Shown one piece after another: positions 42,068-52,034 of a stretch of 64,000 bases of DNA (its first letter is position 1; each line of letters starts with the position of its first letter). Both the position numbers and the translations under genes were made by a program. Origin of the DNA: Sedimentisphaeraceae bacterium JB056 (GTDB taxonomy: Bacteria; Planctomycetota; Phycisphaerae; Sedimentisphaerales; Sedimentisphaeraceae); assembly GCA_044440125.1 (NCBI GenBank), contig JBITAJ010000021.1, positions 128,001 to 192,000 on the forward strand, in the 5' to 3' direction. A model generated the notes under the pieces. The model saw only the letters and a list, made by a program, of their open reading frames with translations, had not been told where the DNA came from and made no database searches.

Positions 42068-42135
42068 TTATGCAATTTGCATTGTAATATTAATGTAACA
42101 TTTTACTTGACAGTTGTCAATTACTTTTTTAGAAT
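42068..42135. promoter_or_regulatory. Overlapping divergent sigma70 promoters plus LacI operator copy (42068-42091)
   Basis: Plus strand TTGACA(42107)-17-TAGAAT(42130); minus strand TTGACA(42120-42115)-17-TACATT(42097-42092). Confidence 0.7.
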
Positions 42136-42179
42136 TAATCCAAAACAATTACATAACTGAATTTTGAAAGCAAAATCAC

Positions 42180-44678
42180 ATGAATACTGAAAAAATTAAT
42201 CTGCACGGCGACTGGAATCTTTTTCAAGCCCCACTTAATGCCCCACAGGAATATATAAACGATTTATTAAAGAATACACCTGAACCAATAACCTCTCCTG
42301 TCCCCGGAGATATACATCAAGGGCTGATAAATGCTGGTCTTCTAAAAGAACCAACAAAAGGACTTAACGCAAAAGAAGCATCATGGACTCGAGAGAAAAG
42401 CTGGTGGCTCAGGAAGTCTTTTAATATATCCCCACTGCAGCTTAAAACTTCTCAAAATATCCGGCTATGCCTTGATGGTTTAGATTCAAATGCCTGGATA
42501 TACATTAATGACAAGCTGCTCGGGAAACACAATTCTGCATTCCGTCCTTTCAGTAAAGATATCATGAGTATGCTAGAAACCGGCACAAATACAATTACTG
42601 TAAGACTCACAGAGGGCGTTGAAGGTCTTGAAAAAATTGGACCGACAACTCTCGGCGGAGAAATTCCGGTAGACCCAAGAACCCCAGAAAGGTTTGAATT
42701 AAGAAGAGTTTTCATCCGAAAACCTCAATATTCGTGGGGATGGGACTGGGCTCCGGAATCATCAACAACAGGAATTACAGGCAACGCATATATACAAATT
42801 GCCTGTAATGATCACATTGAAGATTTGCAGATAAAAACAAATGGAAACTGCAAAGACACAAGGCTTGACATATGTGTAACAACTCAACGTTACAACCAGC
42901 TAACCTGCAAAACAACAAATATGCAGATTAATATATTTTCGCCGGAAAACACCCTGATAGAACAAAAAACTCAATCGGTAACTCTCCAAACAGGTAAAAG
43001 TTTTCATAATTTCTGCATACCAATAGAAGATCCGCAATTATGGTGGCCAAACGGCTCGGGCAGTCAACCAAGATACAGAATCACTGCTGCCATAATTGAA
43101 AAGGAACAAATCGTATCATCAATAGAAAAGAAAATAGGAATCAGATTTGCAGAACTTGACACCCAAGATAATTTTGCAATTAAAATTAATAATGTGCCTA
43201 TATTTTGCAAAGGTGCCAATTTAATTCCTGCAGACCTGTATTACGGTCGTGCTTCAACTGAAAAATACAGCGAACTGATTAAACTGGCTAAAGAAGCCAA
43301 CTTTAATATGCTGAGGATATGGGGAGGCGGCCTGTATCTTTCCGATGAGTTCTATGATGAATGTGATAAGGCAGGAATTATGATATGGCATGATTTCATG
43401 TTTGCATGTGCTCCTTACCCTGACTACGACGAAGCCTTCTGTGATGAAATACAGAAAGAAGTAAACTACCAGCTTAAACGGCTTAATCATCACCCATCAA
43501 TTGTGCTATGGTGCGGCGACAATGAAAATATACTCAACCGTAATTCCCTTGAAAAAACACAAAACGGTGCAAGAGTAACAGGTCAAATACTTCCCGAAGC
43601 GGTTAACAATCTCTGTTCACAAACAATATACTGGTTCAGCTCTCCGTACGGCACAGGAGACAATTACAAGCATATATCATGCGATACTCCCGGAAATTGC
43701 CATATCTGGAAAAATGTTATGCTTTCACCAAACATGGAAGACAGGATAAATTTCAATGTATTCGACAACATGAATCCGTGTTTTGTTTCTGAATACGGAT
43801 TCCCCGGAACATGTACAAAGCAGACAACTATTGAGTACACAGAAAATCCTGATTTCACTTTGGAAAGCCCACAATGGATGTATCATTACAATCCATTTGC
43901 ACGTAATGTTCTTGAAAGTGCTATCCAAAAACATTATGCTGAAGATCTCGCAGGGATGTCCACTGAAGAGTTTCTTTATTACGGCGGAATAATTCAGGGG
44001 AAAGCCTATCAGCACAGTCTTGAATCTTTCAGACAAAATCCAAAGTGCAATGGAGCTTTATTCTGGATGTTCAACGATTGCTGGGGAGAAGTAGGCTGGA
44101 CTATAATAGATTATTATATGAGATATAAAGCTTCTTACTGGTTTGTGAAAAGAGCGTTTAATTGTATGAGATTAGTTATTCGTCAAATAGAGGACAATAC
44201 AATTGTAACATTAATCAATGATACAGATAAAAATATAGAAAAAGAAATCAGTCTATACTATTACAATCTGCAAACAAACAGCAAACAACTCATTCTAAGC
44301 GAAAGACTCTCAGTTGAACCTTACAACTCAAAAAAGATGATAAGCAAACCACAATCTGTAAATGTCGACCCCAAAATAGGTTTATGGCTATGTCAGGCTG
44401 ATGATAATAAAATCGACCCTGCCACACTATTATTAACTGAGCTCAAAAATACAGCCAGAAAACCTGCAAAGATAGCAATAAGTAATATTGATTCGGAAAA
44501 TAACAGAATTAGTTTTGAGCTTAAATCAGACAACTACGCACATGGAGTTGAGTTGGATTTACCTCAAAAGGCAATCCCTTCTGACAATTACTTTGACCTG
44601 ATACCCGGCATAAAAAAGAAGGTAACTGTTAAAAATATAAATACGATCACAGAAGCAAACATAAAAAGATACATTTAA
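42180..44678 (+). CDS. Glycoside hydrolase family 2, beta-mannosidase-like (no signal peptide)
   Basis: RKPQYSWGWDWAP, CKGANLIP, NFNMLRIWGGG, IWHDFMFAC, LWCGDNEN (acid/base), FVSEYG (nucleophile), WMFNDCW. Confidence 0.92.
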   Translation: MNTEKINLHGDWNLFQAPLNAPQEYINDLLKNTPEPITSPVPGDIHQGLINAGLLKEPTKGLNAKEASWTREKSWWLRKSFNISPLQLKTSQNIRLCLDGLDSNAWIYINDKLLGKHNSAFRPFSKDIMSMLETGTNTITVRLTEGVEGLEKIGPTTLGGEIPVDPRTPERFELRRVFIRKPQYSWGWDWAPESSTTGITGNAYIQIACNDHIEDLQIKTNGNCKDTRLDICVTTQRYNQLTCKTTNMQINIFSPENTLIEQKTQSVTLQTGKSFHNFCIPIEDPQLWWPNGSGSQPRYRITAAIIEKEQIVSSIEKKIGIRFAELDTQDNFAIKINNVPIFCKGANLIPADLYYGRASTEKYSELIKLAKEANFNMLRIWGGGLYLSDEFYDECDKAGIMIWHDFMFACAPYPDYDEAFCDEIQKEVNYQLKRLNHHPSIVLWCGDNENILNRNSLEKTQNGARVTGQILPEAVNNLCSQTIYWFSSPYGTGDNYKHISCDTPGNCHIWKNVMLSPNMEDRINFNVFDNMNPCFVSEYGFPGTCTKQTTIEYTENPDFTLESPQWMYHYNPFARNVLESAIQKHYAEDLAGMSTEEFLYYGGIIQGKAYQHSLESFRQNPKCNGALFWMFNDCWGEVGWTIIDYYMRYKASYWFVKRAFNCMRLVIRQIEDNTIVTLINDTDKNIEKEISLYYYNLQTNSKQLILSERLSVEPYNSKKMISKPQSVNVDPKIGLWLCQADDNKIDPATLLLTELKNTARKPAKIAISNIDSENNRISFELKSDNYAHGVELDLPQKAIPSDNYFDLIPGIKKKVTVKNINTITEANIKRYI

Positions 44679-44679
44679 A

Positions 44680-44801
44680 ATAAGCATTCACACCGCTAAT
44701 TAGAATTTTTAATTAATACACTATGGTCGCTGTTTGCGGAAAACCCAAACGGTATTTAGTATATTAAAAAGCCAATTTTCGGTAAACGTTTGAATGGTTA
44801 C
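44680..44801. mobile_element. Putative MITE, copy 2 (122 bp)
   Basis: Ends ATAAGCATTCACAC / GTTTGAATGGTTAC; shares TTCACACCGCTA-TTAGAAT, ACACTATG, CCCAAAC and ATTTAGT with copy 1. Confidence 0.55.
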
Positions 44802-44843
44802 AAATAAAACGACTAAAATTACACTTTAAAATTGGAATAAATC

Positions 44844-45695
44844 ATGTCATTAGAACGAATGGACACATTATTAATTGCCGCCCGTAAAAACAGATATGCA
44901 GTAGCAGCGTTTGAATGCTGGAACAGTGCAAATATATATGCAATAGCAGAAGGCGCTGCACAAACAGATATGCCGGTTATTTTTCAGGCCAGTCATGCAG
45001 AATACACCATAATGGGTGGAGCTGACGCATTATTTGACATTGTAAGTTTCTATATCCGAAAGAAAAATATCACAGCAGCATTGCATTTAGATCACGGTAT
45101 AAGCTTAGAACAGGTTGAAGAATGTGCCAAAGCAGGCTTTTCATCTGTAATGCTTGATGCTTCACGTCTCTCATTTGAAGAAAACATTAAATTGTCAAAA
45201 CAAGCCGCAGAAATAGCCAATGAATACAAAATAAGTATTGAATGCGAACTGGGACATGTTGCCGGTGCCGAAGGTGGTATGGATGACATTGATGAAACAG
45301 AATGCTGTATGACTGACCCTGAAAAAGCAGAAATATTTGTAAAAAAAACAAACGCAGACTGCCTTGCGGTTGCAATTGGCACTGTTCATGGTGATTACAG
45401 AAGCAAACCCAATATCGATCTTAAATTGCTTGAACAAATATCAGACATAATAGAAGTACCTCTGGTTCTGCATGGAGGATCGGGAACTCCACCGAAAACG
45501 CTGAAAGAGTGCATAAATCGAGGTATAGCAAAAATCAACATCTGTACAGATATACACAAAATTTGGCTTGATGGAATAGAAAAAGCCAAGACAACTTTGA
45601 CACCTTCTGTACCAGGAAAGTTTTATCAACCTGCACAGGAAATGTTGGTCCAAGCCGTAACCCAAAAGATTGAGCTATTTAAAAATGAACGATAA
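44844..45695 (+). CDS. Class II (metal-dependent) ketose-bisphosphate aldolase
   Basis: LHLDHG, GFSSVMLDAS, ECELGHV, AIGTVHG, LVLHGGSG, KINICT. Confidence 0.93.
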   Translation: MSLERMDTLLIAARKNRYAVAAFECWNSANIYAIAEGAAQTDMPVIFQASHAEYTIMGGADALFDIVSFYIRKKNITAALHLDHGISLEQVEECAKAGFSSVMLDASRLSFEENIKLSKQAAEIANEYKISIECELGHVAGAEGGMDDIDETECCMTDPEKAEIFVKKTNADCLAVAIGTVHGDYRSKPNIDLKLLEQISDIIEVPLVLHGGSGTPPKTLKECINRGIAKINICTDIHKIWLDGIEKAKTTLTPSVPGKFYQPAQEMLVQAVTQKIELFKNER

Positions 45696-46749
45696 GTTAA
45701 ACAATAACAAAATTGCAGTTATGGGACATATATGCCTTGACCTGTATCCTTCAATAAAAAATATAGCAGATATAGATTTTGTTCCCGGAAAACTTAGTGA
45801 GATTGGTCCATGCAGTTGTTCTCCGGGAGGTGCCGTTGGAAATACTGGGCTGGTTTTAGAAAAATTAGGAATACCGGTTAAGTTGTTGGCAAAAATTGGA
45901 GACGACTCGTTAGGTGAAACGCTGTCTTCCTTTTTTACTAATCTGCCGCCTGATGCCCAAAAACATATTGTTGCCGTAGAAGGAAATACTGCCTATTCAA
46001 TAGTTATCAACCCTGAAGGTCATGACAGAATGTTTCTGGCATATCGCGGAGTTAATGATCAAATATGTTACAATGATTTAACTGATGATTTTATCGAAGA
46101 CACGGCAATACTTCATTTTGGCTACCCTCCTTTGTGCAAAACAATTGCAGAAAACAATGGTAACGAACTTAAAAAAATATTCCGGTATGTTCAGGATAAG
46201 GGAATAATTACATCACTGGACATGTCCCTGCCTTCTCCCGGCTCCTCTTCAGAAAAGATTAACTGGCTTAATTTTTTGAAAAATGTTATGCCGCAAACAG
46301 ATATATTTCTACCAAGCATTGACGAACTGCTGTTTATGTTCAAAGCAAAATACTCTAATATCACTGAAGCCTTGGATACTTATTCAAAACAGCTGCTTGA
46401 CTGGGGAGCGGCAGTAATCGTTATCAAATTAGGCTCAGACGGATTTTACGTAAGAACAACAACATCATCTTCACGTATTAATTGCCTTAAATATCTACTT
46501 TCTGAAAATGTGGATAATTGGCGGAATAAAAAATTTTCCGTTCCGTGTTACAAGGTTAAAGTAAAAGGGACAACCGGTGCAGGAGATGCCACAATTGCAG
46601 GTTTTTTGAGCGGCATGCTAAATGGATTTACAATCGAAAAAACTGCACAAATAGCTACTGGTGTCGGAGCACTTTGTGTAACTCAACATGATGCAACCTC
46701 AGGAATTACCCCGCTTGAAGATATTATAGAAAAAGTTCACAACCAATAG
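45685..46749 (+). CDS. PfkB/ribokinase-family carbohydrate kinase
   Basis: PGGAVGNTG, AKIGDDSLG, GTTGAGDATIAGF. ATG at 45685 overlaps the aldolase end. Confidence 0.9.
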   Translation: MNDKLNNNKIAVMGHICLDLYPSIKNIADIDFVPGKLSEIGPCSCSPGGAVGNTGLVLEKLGIPVKLLAKIGDDSLGETLSSFFTNLPPDAQKHIVAVEGNTAYSIVINPEGHDRMFLAYRGVNDQICYNDLTDDFIEDTAILHFGYPPLCKTIAENNGNELKKIFRYVQDKGIITSLDMSLPSPGSSSEKINWLNFLKNVMPQTDIFLPSIDELLFMFKAKYSNITEALDTYSKQLLDWGAAVIVIKLGSDGFYVRTTTSSSRINCLKYLLSENVDNWRNKKFSVPCYKVKVKGTTGAGDATIAGFLSGMLNGFTIEKTAQIATGVGALCVTQHDATSGITPLEDIIEKVHNQ

Positions 46750-46810
46750 AATCAGAACAGCTGTAGTTAGTTTTGCAGGCCTAAATCACCTTCATGTTTT
46801 AAAAGCAAAT

Positions 46811-48934
46811 TTAGACCTGAAGGTGTTCTGTACGCTTTATTACTTCAAGCTTTAACTCATCACTAAGATTATTAAATTTAGTCGAATATCCACCTATTCT
46901 GACAATCAGGTCATTATGTTTTTCTGGATGTTCCACTGCATCCTTAAGTATATCACCATCAAGAATTGAAATCTGAATTTGCATTCCCCCCATATCAAAA
47001 TACGTTTTTATAAGATTCTTCAGGCTTTCTCTTCCTTTTGCTGTATCAACCATATCTCTGGCAAACCTCACATTTAACACCGGCGTACCAACAGCCAGGT
47101 ATTGTGGCAATGAGGCAACACTTTTAAGCATCGCAGTAGGCCCGTTAGTATCACAACCCTGCATCGGACCTATACTGTCAGAAATAGGAGTAAAAGCAAA
47201 CCTCCCATCTGGCGTTGCACCAACCTCTTTCCCTAAATCAGAATAGGTCTCAAACATTATACACGCAGGCATAAATACTCCTCCACGCCACGGCTCATAT
47301 TTCAGCAATTCATGATAGACAAACAAAGAAATATCCTTAGCAATAGAATCAACTCTGAAATCATCGTTACCAAATTTAGGACATAAGGATAACTGCTTGC
47401 GTAGTTCTTCATGACCAGCAAAATTGTCATGTAATATTTCAAGTAATTCAGAACCGCTAAGTTGCTTGCTTTTGAATACAATTTCTTTAACAGCCGCAAG
47501 TGAATCTGCGACATTTGCTAATCCTGCAAAATTAATATTACTTCCGTTATATCTCGCTCCGCCTGAATAATAATCCTTACCGGAAGAAATACAATCATCG
47601 ATAAGTAAACTGCGTATTGGCTGGGGCATAGTCTGTGCTCTACGCCGCTGATATTCATTAACAGATTCTACCATCAAAGAAATTTTAGATGACAAACGTG
47701 ACTTAAAAAATTCTATAAACTCATCAAATGACACAGAACAAGCAATATATTCATCTATGACATTACATAATATCTTGGGCATATTCAATCCCGCATCAAT
47801 TGAACCAACACAACTTTTACCATGTATAATTGTCTCCGTACAACCGCATCCACACCACCATGCTATATCATCGCTGTCCTTACAAAAACCGGAATCATAT
47901 ATACTCTTGATATATAATTTGTCATTATAAAATGCTGGATTCGCATTGCCTTCAGCAAGCGAATCAAATGCTGTCTGCCAGATATTCTCAGATGTATAAT
48001 CATTTATTTTAAGCTCAGTATTTGGACGTGAACGTCCCGTTAATGTATGGATATAAAGCTCTGTCAATTTATGTTCAAACGGCTTACCATCAGGGTTTGA
48101 ACCTCCAATAGCAGAAGTCCACCCAGAATTCACTTCACAACTCTCCGATAACGCATCAAGCCAGGATTGGGCATCAATATCTGTTAATATTCCACCAGAA
48201 TTATCCCTGTCATAAAATTCCGCAAGCTCCTTATCAACACAACCCTGATTATCACAAAAATCTAAATAAAACACAAAATTATAAGAAATGACAGCTTCAA
48301 CAAAAGACCTCGCAGGTCTAAAAGGAACTTGTGCAAAAGCTTCAAGTAAAACATCTCGATTACGCAGTTTATTGCTATCTGTCGAATTATATTCAATAAG
48401 ACTGCAGCGCAGCCGTTTATGCCATACCTTTATTCCGTCAATAAGTTTTAATATATTTTCATAAAAATCTATTTTTAAAGGATCTTTGTCTTCTTCAGCT
48501 CTCCCCAAACCAATTTGGCAACGGCTTTTGGCATCATCTAAACCTCCCCTGAGAATTCGTCCATAATTAGGTATACTATGTGTATAACCATTACCACCGA
48601 CAAAAAAATTATTCTCAATTATACTGCTGTTAGCTTTTTTAATACCTCTAATCACTTCAGCAATATGGTAATAACCAAGCTCTTGAGCCGCTTCAGACGA
48701 AAACGCCAGGGTATCACTATAATGAGGCCAAACAATCCGATTAAAGCTTTCACCATTAGAAACACAGATCCCGCAAGGCCAAAGTCTTTGCCCTGAATAT
48801 TCATTCAAAGGGGTATACTCAAAATACTTAACATAAGCATTTACAACTCTCGACAAATTAGAAGCAGATTCATTCTCAAAATAACCGGCCGCCAAAAACT
48901 CATTGTCCTTCATCAATTTATCTATAACAGACAT
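46811..48934 (-). CDS. Glycyl radical enzyme (non-PFL, unknown reaction), 707 aa
   Basis: Gly loop LIVRIGGYS; Cys loop WWCGCGCTE; PKFGNDD, GATPDGR, GPTAMLKS. Confidence 0.9.
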   Translation of the reverse strand: MSVIDKLMKDNEFLAAGYFENESASNLSRVVNAYVKYFEYTPLNEYSGQRLWPCGICVSNGESFNRIVWPHYSDTLAFSSEAAQELGYYHIAEVIRGIKKANSSIIENNFFVGGNGYTHSIPNYGRILRGGLDDAKSRCQIGLGRAEEDKDPLKIDFYENILKLIDGIKVWHKRLRCSLIEYNSTDSNKLRNRDVLLEAFAQVPFRPARSFVEAVISYNFVFYLDFCDNQGCVDKELAEFYDRDNSGGILTDIDAQSWLDALSESCEVNSGWTSAIGGSNPDGKPFEHKLTELYIHTLTGRSRPNTELKINDYTSENIWQTAFDSLAEGNANPAFYNDKLYIKSIYDSGFCKDSDDIAWWCGCGCTETIIHGKSCVGSIDAGLNMPKILCNVIDEYIACSVSFDEFIEFFKSRLSSKISLMVESVNEYQRRRAQTMPQPIRSLLIDDCISSGKDYYSGGARYNGSNINFAGLANVADSLAAVKEIVFKSKQLSGSELLEILHDNFAGHEELRKQLSLCPKFGNDDFRVDSIAKDISLFVYHELLKYEPWRGGVFMPACIMFETYSDLGKEVGATPDGRFAFTPISDSIGPMQGCDTNGPTAMLKSVASLPQYLAVGTPVLNVRFARDMVDTAKGRESLKNLIKTYFDMGGMQIQISILDGDILKDAVEHPEKHNDLIVRIGGYSTKFNNLSDELKLEVIKRTEHLQV

Positions 48935-49061
48935 CTATAATTCCTTACCATTTCACTCAGTTTGAATGTCTCGTACGATTTATCATACCTTCTCGATTCA
49001 CACAAATCAGATAATCTTTTTAACAGCTTTACCATAATCAACTTCCATATACTATGTAATA

Positions 49062-49979
49062 TTACAATAAGATGAAATTAAGAATTTTATCAACACCAAG
49101 CACTTTTAAACCTTGTAGCCAAGACTTGACCGTTTCTTCTTCCGGCTGCTGCGAAACAAAAGTCTTGTTAGAAAGACCAAAACGCTCATATTTACTTTCA
49201 CCCAAACGGTGGTAAGGCATTATCTCAACTGCCGAAATATTAAGATTCCTATACAATTCTGCAATTCCTTGAAAATGCTCATCACGGTCATTAAGCGAAG
49301 GAATAACAGGACATCTTAAAACAATCTCACTGCCTGCCTCAGAAAGTTTCTCAAGATTACTGCGGATTAATGAATTATCAACCCCGCAATACTCAAGATG
49401 TCTTTGCGAATCCGTTTCCTTCCAGTCAAATAAAAAGATATCAGTAAAAGGAATTATTCTCTCAAGAAAACTCCATTTACAATACCCGCATGTTTCAACT
49501 GCTGTATGCAGTGAACTCTGCTTCGCAAGCTTAAGCAATTTTTCAGTGAATAAAGGCTGAGCGGCAGGTTCTCCACCGGAAACAGTTAATCCTCCACCGG
49601 AATTTCCATAAAAAGGTTTGTCCCGTATCACTATCTCAATCACATCCTCTGCCGACATTTGCTCTCCTACAAGTTCCAACGCCTTAGCATAGCACTTCCT
49701 TGTACATTGACCGCACCCCGTGCAAGTGCTGCGGTCAATGACATGTCGACCGTCAAGAAGTTTATGTGCATCATTGGGACAATGCTCAAAACAATATCCG
49801 CATCCTATACACTTTGACTCAATAAAAGAAAGTATAGGTTTTGAAGATTGACTCTCAGGATTATGGCACCATTTACACTGAAGCGGACAACCCTTTAGAA
49901 AAACAGTCGTCCTTATCCCCGGACCATCATGTATTGAAAATCGCTGAATTTCAAGAACCATGCCTTTAACTTCAGACAT
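49062..49979 (-). CDS. Glycyl-radical enzyme activating enzyme (radical SAM, ferredoxin insert)
   Basis: HDGPGIRTTVFLKGCPLQCKWCHNPE, two CxxCxxCxxxC motifs, SGGEP. Start moved to MSEVKG (49979 or 49982), overlapping the upstream stop. Confidence 0.95.
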   Translation of the reverse strand: MSEVKGMVLEIQRFSIHDGPGIRTTVFLKGCPLQCKWCHNPESQSSKPILSFIESKCIGCGYCFEHCPNDAHKLLDGRHVIDRSTCTGCGQCTRKCYAKALELVGEQMSAEDVIEIVIRDKPFYGNSGGGLTVSGGEPAAQPLFTEKLLKLAKQSSLHTAVETCGYCKWSFLERIIPFTDIFLFDWKETDSQRHLEYCGVDNSLIRSNLEKLSEAGSEIVLRCPVIPSLNDRDEHFQGIAELYRNLNISAVEIMPYHRLGESKYERFGLSNKTFVSQQPEEETVKSWLQGLKVLGVDKILNFILL

Positions 49980-52032
49980 CATCAAACTCCATACGCTGAA
50001 TAACTTCGCTCTGCATCTCAGGAATAAGACGGGTAAAATAATCCGTATAGCCACCTATTCTGACTACGAGATCCGCATAATCTTCAGGACTTTCAAGAGC
50101 TTTCTCAAGTATACCCGAATCCAAGACATTTATCTGTACTTCAAACCCGTTTCGCTCCAAATAGGTAATAATAAGAGTCTTAAGCTTATCACGCTCTGCC
50201 TGACTCCTAAGCTGCGATTTGTTAAATCTCATATTATAAGCTACCCCGCCAAGCAATGAGCTATGATCCCATGATGTAGTTGATAATATCGCCGCAGTAG
50301 GACCTAATGTCTCACGTCCTTGAGCAGGTCCGGCGCCATCTGCAAAAGGTGTAGCCGCCAACCTGCCGTCAGGAGTAGCGCCGCATTCTTTGCCCAACCG
50401 TGTATGCATTTCCCAACAAAATGCGCCGGGCAAAAACTCACTATTATCGGGGAATACTTTGCAATTCAGACAACTCTCTTTTAATGCCTCAACAATATCC
50501 CTGAACATCGAATCAACCTCTTCACTGCCATGCCCGTATTTGGGATAAGCATTTCTAAAACGCAAAGCATCTTCCTGAGAATTCTTAAAATTACTATCCA
50601 GAAGTTCTTTCAGTTCTTTAAGTGTTTTTTCTCCATTAAAAACTTCTTCGCGAATAACATAAAGCGAGTCAATCAGATTGGCTAAACCAACAAATGAACA
50701 TTCAACCTGATTATATCTTGCCCCTCCATCATCAATATCTTTGGCACGTTCTATACAATCAAGAGTAAATACGCTCTGAAGAGGCTTTCCCCCATATTCC
50801 TGTCGCTGTCTACGATATTCATTCTGTTCTTTTACACCTTCTTTAATCGCAGAACTCATAAGCTCAATATATCTGCTCAAAAACTCTTCAAAACTGTCAG
50901 AAACATCGCCACCTTCAACTTCAGCAGCAATCTCTTCAAGCAATATACCGCATGTATTAAAATAAGGACTCGCAACCCATATATTACTCGAATTGCATGG
51001 AGTTATCTCAACACATGCCGAATTTATATAATTACAGGCTTCTTCAATCGGCAATCCGATATCCATCAAACCCTTTGTTATAATATCATCACCAAAAAAT
51101 GCCGGCGTAGTATAGCCATTGCATACAAGTTCAACTGCAAGATCTATCAGGCTTTGTGGTGTTTTTTCATGCCAACATAAACCCACTGTAGGATATACCA
51201 ATTTTGTACGTCTTAACGCTTCAAAACACAGATACGAAAATTCGTTGGTTGTATCACAACCATTTTCGTCTTTGCCGCCAACCATAATGCTATAGGCTAA
51301 ACCTCGAGTATAAGTGTAGTTTATCAGCAAATAAAACTCCTCAATAAGCTCAAGGACTTCTTCTCTTGTGACCTTTTCGTGTAAAATATCTTGTGTATAG
51401 AATTTCCCCAAAGCTCTGTCGAGCCTGCCGGGAACAAGACACCAAACAGTATCAGAAGCACTAACACCAAGATTAAGCAGCCATATAAGCTGAATTGCAT
51501 CACGAAAATCACGTGGAGGATTAACCGATATATATCGGCAACGCTCAGCAATATCAACATCCATTCCACTGCCTGCATTCTCAATCATCTTAGATAAACC
51601 TTCCAGAGAATCTAAGAATGACTCAAGAACTGTCCTTTCTGATTCATTAGCAGAAGAAACTCTTTCTACAATCTTTTTCTTTATTCCATTGATACCAATA
51701 CTGAGAATGTCATCATAATAAATTTGGCAATGCCCTGTTTGTCCCCCTGCAAGTGGAGATTTTTCGAATATAAGTTCTTCCTCGGCAGTAATCTCAGGCT
51801 CAATTTTCTGCCAACCAGCCAAGCGAATTCCCATTGCAAAATCAAAATCCAACCGCTCAAGCGTTTTGCGAACATTAATTCCCTGCCTTTTCTGCCACGG
51901 AGATATGTCGTCAGTCTCTGCTAAAACACGGCCGCGTCTGGAAATAACTGCTGCAGGAGAACAAGGAGCTTTGCCTTCTATACTAATAGAAACAATTTTT
52001 TCTCGTAGTGTAGAGATATCTGTATTTTGCAT
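49972..52032 (-). CDS. Glycyl radical enzyme (non-PFL, unknown reaction), 686 aa
   Basis: Gly loop LVVRIGGYT; Cys loop INSACVE; PGRLDR, PKYG, GATPDGR. Confidence 0.9.
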   Translation of the reverse strand: MQNTDISTLREKIVSISIEGKAPCSPAAVISRRGRVLAETDDISPWQKRQGINVRKTLERLDFDFAMGIRLAGWQKIEPEITAEEELIFEKSPLAGGQTGHCQIYYDDILSIGINGIKKKIVERVSSANESERTVLESFLDSLEGLSKMIENAGSGMDVDIAERCRYISVNPPRDFRDAIQLIWLLNLGVSASDTVWCLVPGRLDRALGKFYTQDILHEKVTREEVLELIEEFYLLINYTYTRGLAYSIMVGGKDENGCDTTNEFSYLCFEALRRTKLVYPTVGLCWHEKTPQSLIDLAVELVCNGYTTPAFFGDDIITKGLMDIGLPIEEACNYINSACVEITPCNSSNIWVASPYFNTCGILLEEIAAEVEGGDVSDSFEEFLSRYIELMSSAIKEGVKEQNEYRRQRQEYGGKPLQSVFTLDCIERAKDIDDGGARYNQVECSFVGLANLIDSLYVIREEVFNGEKTLKELKELLDSNFKNSQEDALRFRNAYPKYGHGSEEVDSMFRDIVEALKESCLNCKVFPDNSEFLPGAFCWEMHTRLGKECGATPDGRLAATPFADGAGPAQGRETLGPTAAILSTTSWDHSSLLGGVAYNMRFNKSQLRSQAERDKLKTLIITYLERNGFEVQINVLDSGILEKALESPEDYADLVVRIGGYTDYFTRLIPEMQSEVIQRMEFDDV

Positions 52033-52034
52033 AA

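Noticed and set aside
46811..52032. Pyruvate formate-lyase (pflB/pflA) annotation
   Set aside because: No vicinal Cys-Cys active site; C-X-E loops and a ferredoxin-containing activase indicate another GRE class.
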